A stretch of DNA of 58,446 nt from Candidatus Hodarchaeum mangrovi (GTDB taxonomy: Archaea; Asgardarchaeota; Heimdallarchaeia; Hodarchaeales; Hodarchaeaceae), in assembly GCA_016839515.1 (NCBI GenBank), contig JAEOUE010000031.1, positions 1 through 58,446 of the forward strand. Reading direction: 5' to 3'. The notes below the pieces were generated by a model. It saw only the letters and a program-made list of their open reading frames with translations, made no database searches and had not been told where the DNA came from. The stretch's first letter is position 1, and each line of letters starts with the position of its first letter. Made by a program: the position numbers and the translations under genes. Below are positions 20,212-29,253 of this stretch, in pieces.

Positions 20212-21489
20212 ATGCAATCTATCTATCGTGAGTATAAAGAAGCCCTAAATGGCTCTGGATCCTTTAAAAATCTCGGTAATAACCAACAAGAACCAGTATC
20301 TCGATATAATACCCCTCCACCTCAAGTTGATTCTGAAATCGCCAATATTTTAATGGAAAGATTACCTAGAGTCCAAGTTATAGGAGTGGGAGGTGCTGGT
20401 AATAATGCAGTCTATAGATTGATGAACTCTGGTGTAGAAGCTGAGTGTGTTGCAGTAAATACTGACGCACAACATTTATTATCTACGAGAGCCCATAAAA
20501 AATTGCTGATAGGTAAAGATTCTTCAAGAGGATTCGGCGCAGGGAATAATCCTGATATCGGTGAAACTGCTGCACGAGAATCTTTAGATGATATAAAAAA
20601 TATGCTTCAAGCTAATATGGTTTTTATTACTTGTGGTTTAGGAGGTGGAACAGGAACAGGAGCTGCTCCTGTTATAGCTAAACAAGCGAAAGAGAATGGT
20701 GCATTAACTGTTTCTATATGTACACTACCCTTTGAAATGGAAGGACTCAAAAGATATGAAAATGCTGTTAAAGGCCTTAAAAAATTGAAAGAAACCTCTG
20801 ATACCGTAATAGTAGTTCCTAATGAAAAACTTCTCCAATTATCTGAAGAAATTACAATGATGGCTGCGTTTCGTATTGCTGATGAAGTTTTACTTAGATC
20901 TGTAAAAGCAATCACTGAATTAATTACCAGGCCGCAGCTGATCAACCTTGATTTTGCTGATGTCCGAAAAATTTTAACTAAAGGGGGAATGGCGATGATA
21001 GGTTTAGGAGAATCTGACCATCAAACCACAAAAGTTGATGATGCAGTTTTTGAATCTTTAAGGAACCCCCTATTAGATGACCTTGATATAAGTCGAGCAA
21101 AAAAATGTTTAATTTGTGTTTCTGGCGGAGAAGGATTAGCCTTAAAAGATGCGGAAGAAGCTGTTATGAAAATTGCTACTGAAATCGATGATTCAGCAGA
21201 AATAATTTGGGGTGCTTCAATAGACCCAGAATTAAGCAATAAGATTCGAGTGATCGTCGTTTTAAGTGATGTTCATTCTCCTCTTACAGATTCAGGAGGT
21301 TATTATTATCCAAAAGGAGAATTGGACTCATTACTAGAAGATATTGATTCTCCATTCTCAATAATTTCTTCACAAAAAGGTAAAAAGTCTGAACCAAAAC
21401 GTGGTTTTCCTTCTGCTAGATTTGTAATTGATGATGATTCGCCTGTTGCGCAAGGAAAACCAAAGAAACGATTTTTAGGTCTTTTTTGA
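20212..21489 (+). CDS. ftsZ: cell division protein FtsZ
   Basis: GVGGAGNN, NTDAQHL, GGGTGTG, INLDFADV, IIWGA. Confidence 0.97.
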   Translation: MQSIYREYKEALNGSGSFKNLGNNQQEPVSRYNTPPPQVDSEIANILMERLPRVQVIGVGGAGNNAVYRLMNSGVEAECVAVNTDAQHLLSTRAHKKLLIGKDSSRGFGAGNNPDIGETAARESLDDIKNMLQANMVFITCGLGGGTGTGAAPVIAKQAKENGALTVSICTLPFEMEGLKRYENAVKGLKKLKETSDTVIVVPNEKLLQLSEEITMMAAFRIADEVLLRSVKAITELITRPQLINLDFADVRKILTKGGMAMIGLGESDHQTTKVDDAVFESLRNPLLDDLDISRAKKCLICVSGGEGLALKDAEEAVMKIATEIDDSAEIIWGASIDPELSNKIRVIVVLSDVHSPLTDSGGYYYPKGELDSLLEDIDSPFSIISSQKGKKSEPKRGFPSARFVIDDDSPVAQGKPKKRFLGLF

Positions 21490-21509
21490 ATAATACCTTT
21501 CCTTCTTTA

Positions 21510-22166
21510 TTACTGAACTTTTAGACCTAACCGTTTAGCAAATGACTCCATTCCCTCTCCTGATTTTGTACTGGTGGGATAGATTTCTAAATGAGGATAA
21601 AGGTCATAAGCCTTAGCTATTACATCACTTAAGTCAATATCCATAACTCTAGCTAAATCAATTTTATTAATTACTGCTAATTGACTTAATTTAAAAGTTA
21701 TAGGATGTTTCTGAAAAACATACGGACCCTCTGTTACACTTGTAACGGTTACCTTTAGATCAGCCCCAATATCTGTAGCAGATGGACATATTAAATTTCC
21801 TACATTTTCCACAAATATTACTCCATAATCATTTAGATTTATTCCCTCGAGAGCTTTTTCAATTTGAAAGGCCATTAAATGACAACCTCTACCTGTATTA
21901 ATTTGTAAACATGTCCCACCAAACCGCCCAATTCGTTGTGCATCAATATCTGTTGCTAAATCACCATTGATTACTAGAATATTTTGAAATTTTATGTAAT
22001 TTTGTGTAAAATATTCTAAAATTGAGGTTTTTCCAGATCCAACGCTTCCCATTATATCAATCATAGGGATTTCGAATTTTATTCTTTTTTCCCTAATTCG
22101 ATTAGCGATTTTGTCATTTTCTTCTTGAATTTTTCGATCAAGTTCAATAATCCGAACATTAGCCAT
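21510..22166 (-). CDS. hypB: hydrogenase nickel incorporation GTPase HypB
   Basis: GSGKT, INTGRGCH, ENVGNLICP, SVTEG, NKID. Confidence 0.95.
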   Translation of the reverse strand: MANVRIIELDRKIQEENDKIANRIREKRIKFEIPMIDIMGSVGSGKTSILEYFTQNYIKFQNILVINGDLATDIDAQRIGRFGGTCLQINTGRGCHLMAFQIEKALEGINLNDYGVIFVENVGNLICPSATDIGADLKVTVTSVTEGPYVFQKHPITFKLSQLAVINKIDLARVMDIDLSDVIAKAYDLYPHLEIYPTSTKSGEGMESFAKRLGLKVQ

Positions 22167-22213
22167 ACAAATCAGCTCAAAGTTTCTAAAAATTCGCTAA
22201 ATCAAAATATATC

Positions 22214-22699
22214 TTATTTGATAAAACAATCTATACGATGATTTCTGGAATTTAACACACATTGAAACACACATGATTTTTGAAGAGGGAAAATCTGAAT
22301 TTCATTAAATTCCCAATTTATTCGTATTAAATGCCCAACAAATCCATTTTTTTCAACTTGAGGCTCACCTTGCATAATAACTGGAGTATTATCATCTTTA
22401 CTAACAAAGATGATATTATTTTGTCTTGTTAAACCACGTAAGGCTTCATCTAACTGATTTAATTCTTCTCGGATTTCAAAACCGTTTGGTATCCATTTGA
22501 TCCTAAGCCGAATTCCTTTTACTATTATTTGCTGAAATGAAATCAGTTTCACCCCGGATAAGATGAAACCCACTTTTTCAGGTTCATTTGTTGATTCAAA
22601 TTCCTTGTATCCTGAAACTTGAAATCCTGCGGAAGTTTTCTCCAGTTCTGTGTCTCTTAGACAAGAGATTTTACTTACTTCAATTTTTTTGGGTGACAC
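22214..22699 (-). CDS. hypothetical protein
   Basis: 161-aa ORF, GAGG RBS, upstream of and co-oriented with hypB. Confidence 0.55.
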   Translation of the reverse strand: MSPKKIEVSKISCLRDTELEKTSAGFQVSGYKEFESTNEPEKVGFILSGVKLISFQQIIVKGIRLRIKWIPNGFEIREELNQLDEALRGLTRQNNIIFVSKDDNTPVIMQGEPQVEKNGFVGHLIRINWEFNEIQIFPLQKSCVFQCVLNSRNHRIDCFIK

Positions 22700-22867
22700 C
22701 TAATATTCCTCATCTTTCTTAAGCAACATCTAGAAATCTAACATCAGGAAAGAAAACAGACTGTATGATATTTTAAAGAGTCATTAATTTTCATATGATA
22801 TCAATTTATTCATTAGCCTTTCCTTTTTGAGAATCTTAAAATTCCTGAAATACAAATATAAAAGACT

Positions 22868-22930
22868 TAAATTGTCAGAGAATTAACAATATCAACATCA
22901 TAGCTTGTAGAGTTATCTATCATCAGTTTA
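22868..22930 (-). ncRNA. candidate box C/D guide sRNA
   Basis: C CTGATGA (22926-20), C' ATGATGT/ATGTTGA, D CTGA (22878-75), ~12-13 nt spacers; D' box degenerate. Confidence 0.4.
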
Positions 22931-23353
22931 GAAAACAAGAAAAAGAGTTATTTGTAAAAAATTTTTGGAAAAATTCTCAGAATAGAGAAAAAACATTAAA
23001 AATATAATATTATCAATTTTTGAACTTATTTTACTAGAGTATTTTGAAAAAAACTGAAAAAATATTAGCTATTTATACAAACTACTCTTTCTTATTGATT
23101 TATTTGCAATAATGAACAAGAAAACAAATAAGGATAATCCCCCTAGAAAATAACTATAGATTTTATCTGGTACAAAATACATAAATATTATATCTGATTT
23201 GATTTGTAATTAATCAATCTGCAAAAGTATTCAACTATTCTTTGGTTTGTCTATTAATTAAACTAAATAGTTCAATCACAAGGAAATATTAATTTAAAAA
23301 ACTTTTAAGATAAATAACAGATTTTGTTAAATAAATAATTTTGGAGATAAAAT

Positions 23354-24394
23354 TTGGTTCCTATCCATTTTCTACTTAACACAGAGGGAAAAAAACATTC
23401 AAATGGTACTTTTCATCCTGAATCAGCCCAAAGAATCGAAGTAGTTGAATCGTGGCTCTCAACACAGAGCAATCCAAATATCACCTATGGATATAATAAT
23501 ATAGAAGCTTCAAGAGAGGATATAGAAATTATTCATTCTTCAAATCATTATGATTTAATTAAGAAAACAAAAGGAATAGACCAGTATTTCAGATTTGATG
23601 CTGATACTAGCGCTAATGGTTATACATTTCAAGCAGCTACTCAAGCAGTTGAGATTGGGAAAATAGCTATAACGCAAAGCAATCTTTCAAAGTCTATCTT
23701 TGCTCTTGTAAGACCCCCAGGTCATCATGCAACACAAACAACTCCGATGGGATTCTGTATTTTTAATAATATAGCTATAGCGACTCAATATGCTCTTAAT
23801 AGGTCACTTTATAAAAGAATTGCAATAATAGATTTTGATCAACACTTTGGAAATGGAACCGCATATATTCATGAACATAATCCATCAGTTTTGTATATAA
23901 GTACTCATGCTGATCCAAGAATGGCATATCCAGGAACAGGATTTGTCGAAGAGATAGGAAAAGGAGATGGAAGGGGATTTAGTATCTGCATTCCACTAGG
24001 TTATCGTGCTACGGAATTTGACATAAGTTTAGCTTTTCAGAGACTTTTAACACCTATACTTTTTCAATTTAAACCAGAAATATTAGCTATTTCAGCAGGT
24101 TTTGATGGTTATGAAAGAGATCCCATTGGGATTTTGGGAATAAGCTTAGAGGGATTCGGTTTAATAGGGCAGATTTTACAAAGTATTGCTTTAGACCTAG
24201 AAATTCCTGTTGCTCATTTTCTGGAAGGAGGATATAATATTAAGATGTTCCCTCTTTTAATCTCTACCTATGTACAGTCTTTTTGTAGTAATAATGATAA
24301 TAAAAAGGACAAAATAATCGAACAAGCTCAAGATCAGACAATTCTGACCCTTAAAAAGGCTCAAACTCTATTGAAGGATTTTTGGGAAATATAA
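23354..24394 (+). CDS. histone deacetylase-family (Zn-dependent) deacetylase
   Basis: HPE...R, RPPGHHA, GFCIFNN, DFDQHFGNGT, SAGFD, LEGGY. Confidence 0.93.
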   Translation: MVPIHFLLNTEGKKHSNGTFHPESAQRIEVVESWLSTQSNPNITYGYNNIEASREDIEIIHSSNHYDLIKKTKGIDQYFRFDADTSANGYTFQAATQAVEIGKIAITQSNLSKSIFALVRPPGHHATQTTPMGFCIFNNIAIATQYALNRSLYKRIAIIDFDQHFGNGTAYIHEHNPSVLYISTHADPRMAYPGTGFVEEIGKGDGRGFSICIPLGYRATEFDISLAFQRLLTPILFQFKPEILAISAGFDGYERDPIGILGISLEGFGLIGQILQSIALDLEIPVAHFLEGGYNIKMFPLLISTYVQSFCSNNDNKKDKIIEQAQDQTILTLKKAQTLLKDFWEI

Positions 24395-24404
24395 CTTTTT
24401 ATTG

Positions 24405-25505
24405 TCAATTCCAATCAATGGAATAACGTAAAAGAGCTATGAGACCTCCAAATGTTTTTACTTGTTGACCATTTTCACTATTTGTTGATATGATTATTAT
24501 TCTTCCTCTATTACGATCTATTTTCTTTAAAAGTTCCTGAATTAACTCTGAATTGACTCCCTCATTTCCATGTAATAAAGAATCATTTAATATGAGGGAT
24601 TCAACTGCGCCTGTTTCTGCAATTCTATTGATAGCAGAGAATCCATAACTAATACTTTTACTTCCTTGATTCAAACGAACGAGAAATTCATCGATAATTC
24701 TTCTTTCAGCGAAAATTCTAAAATCAGCAGCTATTTTATCAATAGTCTCCGATTTTAACAATTCAGAAATTCCCACTCTATTTCCTCCACTTAAAGACCC
24801 GGCTACTACGATATTTAATTCTTCTTTTACAAATTTATCTTTTAAAAATAACGCAAAACGTTCTTTAATGAATCCAGGTCCTCCAATAATAATATTTGGA
24901 GTTTCTAAAACTATTTTTCGTCGTAAAATCCCACTTATTGTTTCAAAAAATTGATTTATTTGATTGCTTCGTGTTTTCTCTTTACTCTGCTTTCTGGAAA
25001 TATGAGATTTCTCTTGTGCGACTATTTGTACTGCATAATTATCTAAAATAGCAACACATGCATCTGTAGTGTCAATTGCGATAAGACATATCTTAGGTTT
25101 TTTACTTGCTTCCTCTGCCTCCTTCAAAAGCTGTAAATAGTACTGTGTCCATTCAGATTTTAAAATTGTTATAGTTTGAGAGATTTCAAGATTTAAAGTA
25201 TGATATGATCCAATAGCAACATGTTGTTCTGGTCCTTGAAATATTTTACCTTTTACACGTAAACGATTACTTATCGTGCTATCTTGAAAAGCCCAATCTT
25301 CTGCTTGTATTCCAATGACCATTGTAATGCGTTGACTTTCATCTCCAGATCTTCCTTCGCTACCAGCACGACGTACGCGACGACTAGATTTAGCAATAAC
25401 TTGATCATTAGGAGAAATGATATTAGATAATACATAAAGATCTGTTGGGCTATCAGGTCTCACAACAACCTTATTATTTTTAAGATCGATCTTAACAACA
25501 TGCAC
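24405..25505 (-). CDS. pelA: mRNA surveillance protein pelota (aPelota/Dom34)
   Basis: DLYVL..I...D, RLRVKG, GSYHTL, GPGFIK, GGLIALLRY. Confidence 0.93.
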   Translation of the reverse strand: MHVVKIDLKNNKVVVRPDSPTDLYVLSNIISPNDQVIAKSSRRVRRAGSEGRSGDESQRITMVIGIQAEDWAFQDSTISNRLRVKGKIFQGPEQHVAIGSYHTLNLEISQTITILKSEWTQYYLQLLKEAEEASKKPKICLIAIDTTDACVAILDNYAVQIVAQEKSHISRKQSKEKTRSNQINQFFETISGILRRKIVLETPNIIIGGPGFIKERFALFLKDKFVKEELNIVVAGSLSGGNRVGISELLKSETIDKIAADFRIFAERRIIDEFLVRLNQGSKSISYGFSAINRIAETGAVESLILNDSLLHGNEGVNSELIQELLKKIDRNRGRIIIISTNSENGQQVKTFGGLIALLRYSIDWN

Positions 25506-25531
25506 TGAAGAGTATTTCCTTAATTCATTGA

Positions 25532-25888
25532 TTAAAATAATTTCAAAGAGGATGTGATGATATCTACTTCCTTATTCATATAGGGTCCTATCCCAAGAGC
25601 AGTTGTAGTATTTGGAGGTAATTGTGTACGTCCTGCGTCATCAATTTTAACAACGATAACTCCTGTTTTTTTTAATCGAATTTCCATTTCTAAAAGTTCT
25701 GATTCAGATTCAGCTGCAAGAACCACTTTTTTTTGACCTGTTCGCCACCAAAGGTCAAAATCATTCCGCTTTTCGGCTTTTGATCTTATTGCAGAGGCAA
25801 CTGCGGCATGAGAGGCTTGTACTGCGGCTTTACCTTTTGACATCTTAAGATCTTTACGTAATACAATTATTTGTTTTGGTTCAAGCAA
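25532..25888 (-). CDS. pth2: peptidyl-tRNA hydrolase Pth2 (TTG start; the track's ATG at 25969 lies in an sRNA)
   Basis: DLKMSKGK.AVQ.SHA, GQKKVVL, DAGRTQ, LGIGP, LKLF. Confidence 0.93.
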   Translation of the reverse strand: MLEPKQIIVLRKDLKMSKGKAAVQASHAAVASAIRSKAEKRNDFDLWWRTGQKKVVLAAESESELLEMEIRLKKTGVIVVKIDDAGRTQLPPNTTTALGIGPYMNKEVDIITSSLKLF

Positions 25889-25963
25889 TTTTCGGCCACC
25901 CAAAATGTTAAGTATTCCTAATCTTCCGCCTTGAAGGTCACATTTTAATCTTTTAATAGTTAT

Positions 25964-26054
25964 AACCATCAGTGAGGTACATGAACATCATAATCGAACT
26001 TATTCGGTGTCCTGATTAAGTTCAATTCAGTTTAGGTCAGTATCATCATAGGTT
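25964..26054 (-). ncRNA. box C/D guide sRNA with hairpin insert; both guides match SSU rRNA helix 34
   Basis: C ATGATGA, 12-nt guide, D' CTGA, 10-bp hairpin, C' ATGATGT, 12-nt guide, D CTGA, AACC/GGTT terminal stem. Confidence 0.88.
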
Positions 26055-26214
26055 TAATTAGTTTAGAATGTGACTTCTACTCATTTATTTTACTTACAAA
26101 TTAAGCAGTACTTTCAGAATCTTAATTAAATTTCTTATTATGTTCAAATAGTAGAAAGATAATATATTCTGAATTATAAATTCAGAAAATCTGGAAAAAA
26201 AATTCTTATTTTGC

Positions 26215-26742
26215 TTATATAAGTAAATCTTTACCTTTGGTTATGACAATACGACAGGGTATGGGAAACTTCGCTTTTCCACGTTTTAAAGCTCCTTTCG
26301 CAACAGTCAAATATTCAGGATTTGTACGTACTAGAAGTAATCGATCATTTTCATATACTCTGGCAGCCACACTAGTTACTTTCCCAAAGGATAAACGCAT
26401 ACCATTTTGTATACGATCTGCTCCAGCTCCTGTCATCATTTTATTTTCACGTATTTTATGATGAGGATACACGCAAACTTTGAAATGATAGCTTTCTCGT
26501 CCTAATGATCGTGTTAAATATCGATTTACGTGAATTCGTGCAGCTTCCAACGCGTTATGGGAGATTTGAGCCCTTTCATCAGCAAAAAGAGTTAATTCAA
26601 TCGGAAACTCTTTGCCAGGAGCACCAAATTCGAACGAACGTATTTTAGGCTCAGGACCTCCTTTTATATATTTCTTACGTGTGTAGGCTGGTCTATCGAT
26701 CCTTGTATAACATGAAGCTGGACGTCGTCCCATTTTAATCAT
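26215..26742 (-). CDS. rpl10e: 50S ribosomal protein uL16 (L10e)
   Basis: MGRRPASCY, ALEAARI, RENKMMTGAGADR, GMRLSFGK. Confidence 0.97.
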   Translation of the reverse strand: MIKMGRRPASCYTRIDRPAYTRKKYIKGGPEPKIRSFEFGAPGKEFPIELTLFADERAQISHNALEAARIHVNRYLTRSLGRESYHFKVCVYPHHKIRENKMMTGAGADRIQNGMRLSFGKVTSVAARVYENDRLLLVRTNPEYLTVAKGALKRGKAKFPIPCRIVITKGKDLLI

Positions 26743-26956
26743 CTCAAAATATACATAAACTCGTTACATTCTTATTAGTAAGTATAACAAGATTTTTGAC
26801 AAGAAAATCTCTATATTACGCGTTTTTTAGATTGGCATTTTAAACTTACTTAACTAAAAGCTAAAGTGAAAATATGGAAAGTTTGAGTAATCTCAATTAC
26901 TTTAAAAAATATTGATGTTAAATTTTAGTAGAAATTTTAATAGTGGTGAAAATTAT

Positions 26957-27175
26957 ATGGTAGAAATTCCAAACTCATCGATTCATAGGATTATTCGCAA
27001 ATCTGGTGTGAAAAGAGTATCAAAATCTGCAATAATTGCATTACAAAAGGAATTGGAAGAATATGGTCTAGAAATTTCAAAAATTGCTAGGGATATTTCT
27101 TTATATTCAGGAAAAAAGACTATTGACGAAAAAGACATTAATTTAGCAATTTGGAAGTTTAAATTAAATAAATAA
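26957..27175 (+). CDS. archaeal histone-fold protein (divergent)
   Basis: EIP....RIIRK.G..RVS..A...L...LEE....I...A......GKKTI...DI; GGTGA RBS before ATG 26957. Confidence 0.88.
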   Translation: MVEIPNSSIHRIIRKSGVKRVSKSAIIALQKELEEYGLEISKIARDISLYSGKKTIDEKDINLAIWKFKLNK

Positions 27176-27688
27176 GAATCAAATTTCTCCATGGAAAACC
27201 AGAATTCTGAATTAAATAAAGGAAGCATTAGCTACCTAAAAGAGATAAGAACCTTAATTTTAGTTCATCTACACCATTACTTTAAAATGATGATTTCAAT
27301 CCACCTTTTAATAGGGAATATTCGACAATAAACGGATCTTTACCTAATATTCGGAATAAATTTAGTAAAAAATTAACTACTATTATATTCCATTGCTGAA
27401 AAATAGGAAAAGATAACCAAACTAAAATTACAAATAATAGATTACAATACAAACTATGTGATAGCAAACGAATTAAAATTAGCTAGTTAGAAAAAAGATC
27501 AAGGTTTCTAACAAAACACAAGTGAAACTGCATATTAAAATTACTTTATTACACTCACCTGTTTACTTCAATCAATTTGATTAGTTAAATGGATGTGAAT
27601 GGATAACACATAACATAGAGTTAATTAATACTATTAATACATGGATTATTATGCCGTTTCACCTTGTGGATCAAAAGGTGAATAACAA

Positions 27689-28918
27689 ATGGCAAATGAA
27701 GAAGAAATTGATACTAGTACTGTAAAATACTTAATTCATGAAAAATTCAGTATTAATGGTGTAGCTGAACGCTCTGATATCATTGGAGCGTTATTTGGAC
27801 AGACAGAAGGTTTAATTGGAGAGGGATTAGATCTAAGAGAACTACAAAAAACATCTCGAATCGGACGAATAGCAGTTAAACTCCAATATCAGAAAAAACA
27901 AAGAAAGACAGTAGGAATGATAATTATCCCTTCCTCCTTAGATCGCGTTGAAACAGCTTTGTTAGCTGCAGCATTAGAAACTGTAGATCGTGTTGGACCA
28001 TGTGTTGGTAAAATCGCCCTTCAAAAGATAGAGGATGTACGAGAAAGTAAAAGAAGGCAAATAGTAACACGAGCTTCTCAAATATTGAAAACATGGGATC
28101 ATGAAGTGACGTCTGATTCAGTTTCTGTATTAGATGAAGTTCTTAAAGAGGCTAGGATTAGCATAATCCAAAAATTTGGAAAGGAAGAACTACCAGCTGG
28201 GCCTGGAATCCAAGACAGTGATAGCATTATAATTGTTGAAGGTCGTGCAGATGTTGTAAACTTATTGAGACATGGATTCCGAAATGTCATTGCTGTCGAA
28301 GGTACAAATATTCCACCTGAAGTAGTTGAATTAACTAGAAAAAAAGCTGCTACTGCTTTTTTAGATGGTGATCATGGCGGAGATCTTATTCTGAGAGAAC
28401 TGATTCACTTAGGTGATGTTGATTACGTAGCAAGAGCTCCTATAAACCGAGAAGTAGAAGAATTAACTTCTAAAGAGATTTTGAAATGTCTTAGAACTAA
28501 AATCCCTATTGAACAGGTCATGAAAGAAATGAATATCAGTCCCGAAGATATTGATATTCCAGATGAGACCGAAACCTCTCATAAAGAAATTCCAATTATT
28601 GTTAAATCACCTCCCAAAATTGATTTAAAGAATCAGGTACCAGAACAATTTTCTGAAATTATTGAAAACCTAGAAGAACAACAAGCTATTCTATTAGGGA
28701 CTAATGATAAAATATTAAGGGACCATATAGAAATTAGTGAGCTAAGGGAAACTCTGAATGAAGTAGAAGGGATTGAAACAATAATTTTTGATGGAATTAT
28801 TACTCAAAGACTACTTGATATCGCTGCTGAAAAAGGAATTAAGACTGTAATTGGTGCAAGGGAACATGATGTGACCAAAAAACCACTTAGTGTCAATGTT
28901 TTTCATTTTTCAGAATAA
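27689..28918 (+). CDS. dnaG: archaeal DnaG (TOPRIM, exosome-associated)
   Basis: GALFGQTEGL, LRELQK..RIGRI, IVEGRADV, DGDHGG, FDGIITQRL. Confidence 0.96.
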   Translation: MANEEEIDTSTVKYLIHEKFSINGVAERSDIIGALFGQTEGLIGEGLDLRELQKTSRIGRIAVKLQYQKKQRKTVGMIIIPSSLDRVETALLAAALETVDRVGPCVGKIALQKIEDVRESKRRQIVTRASQILKTWDHEVTSDSVSVLDEVLKEARISIIQKFGKEELPAGPGIQDSDSIIIVEGRADVVNLLRHGFRNVIAVEGTNIPPEVVELTRKKAATAFLDGDHGGDLILRELIHLGDVDYVARAPINREVEELTSKEILKCLRTKIPIEQVMKEMNISPEDIDIPDETETSHKEIPIIVKSPPKIDLKNQVPEQFSEIIENLEEQQAILLGTNDKILRDHIEISELRETLNEVEGIETIIFDGIITQRLLDIAAEKGIKTVIGAREHDVTKKPLSVNVFHFSE

Positions 28919-28954
28919 AAAAATATTCCCTTTTACTTTTTTAGAATTAAAAAT

Positions 28955-29253
28955 GGATCTGTAGCCCTAAACACTAACTCTACGACCACATTTATGGATC
29001 TTGTCCTAATTCAGTCGAGTTCTCTGTGAAGGGCTATATTGATCCGAGTTCCTGTTGTTTAAGAGGGTTGACCCTGCTTTTCATAGAAGGATGAGACACC
29101 CAATCTCATGCGAGAGCCCGTCTCCTAATCTTGTTGGAGAATGCTCAGGATTTACCTACTTTTTTGCTCCTTTATTCATCTGGGACAATTTACCCATCCT
29201 CAGGTCCTCGAGAAGTAGGGGAATCGCCTTCATCGCAAATAAAGTAAGGACTC
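28955..29253. ncRNA. ~300-nt structured non-coding RNA, family unassigned (minus strand favoured)
   Basis: GC-enriched intergenic island with many nested helices (GGATC/GATCC, TAGCCCT/AGGGCTA, GAGTTCCT/AGGACTC, ATGAGA/TCTCAT, TCTCC/GGAGA, CCTACTT/AAGTAGG, TGGG/CCCA); T-run follows the minus-strand 3' end. Confidence 0.75.

Noticed and set aside
28955-29253. SRP RNA on the plus strand (CTGTAGCCC Alu-like motif; TCAGGTCCTCGAGAAGTAG resembling helix 8)
   Set aside because: No GNRA tetraloops on the putative helices 6 and 8, AGTA instead of AGCA, and the 3' arm is too short. Not fully excluded without a covariance-model search.
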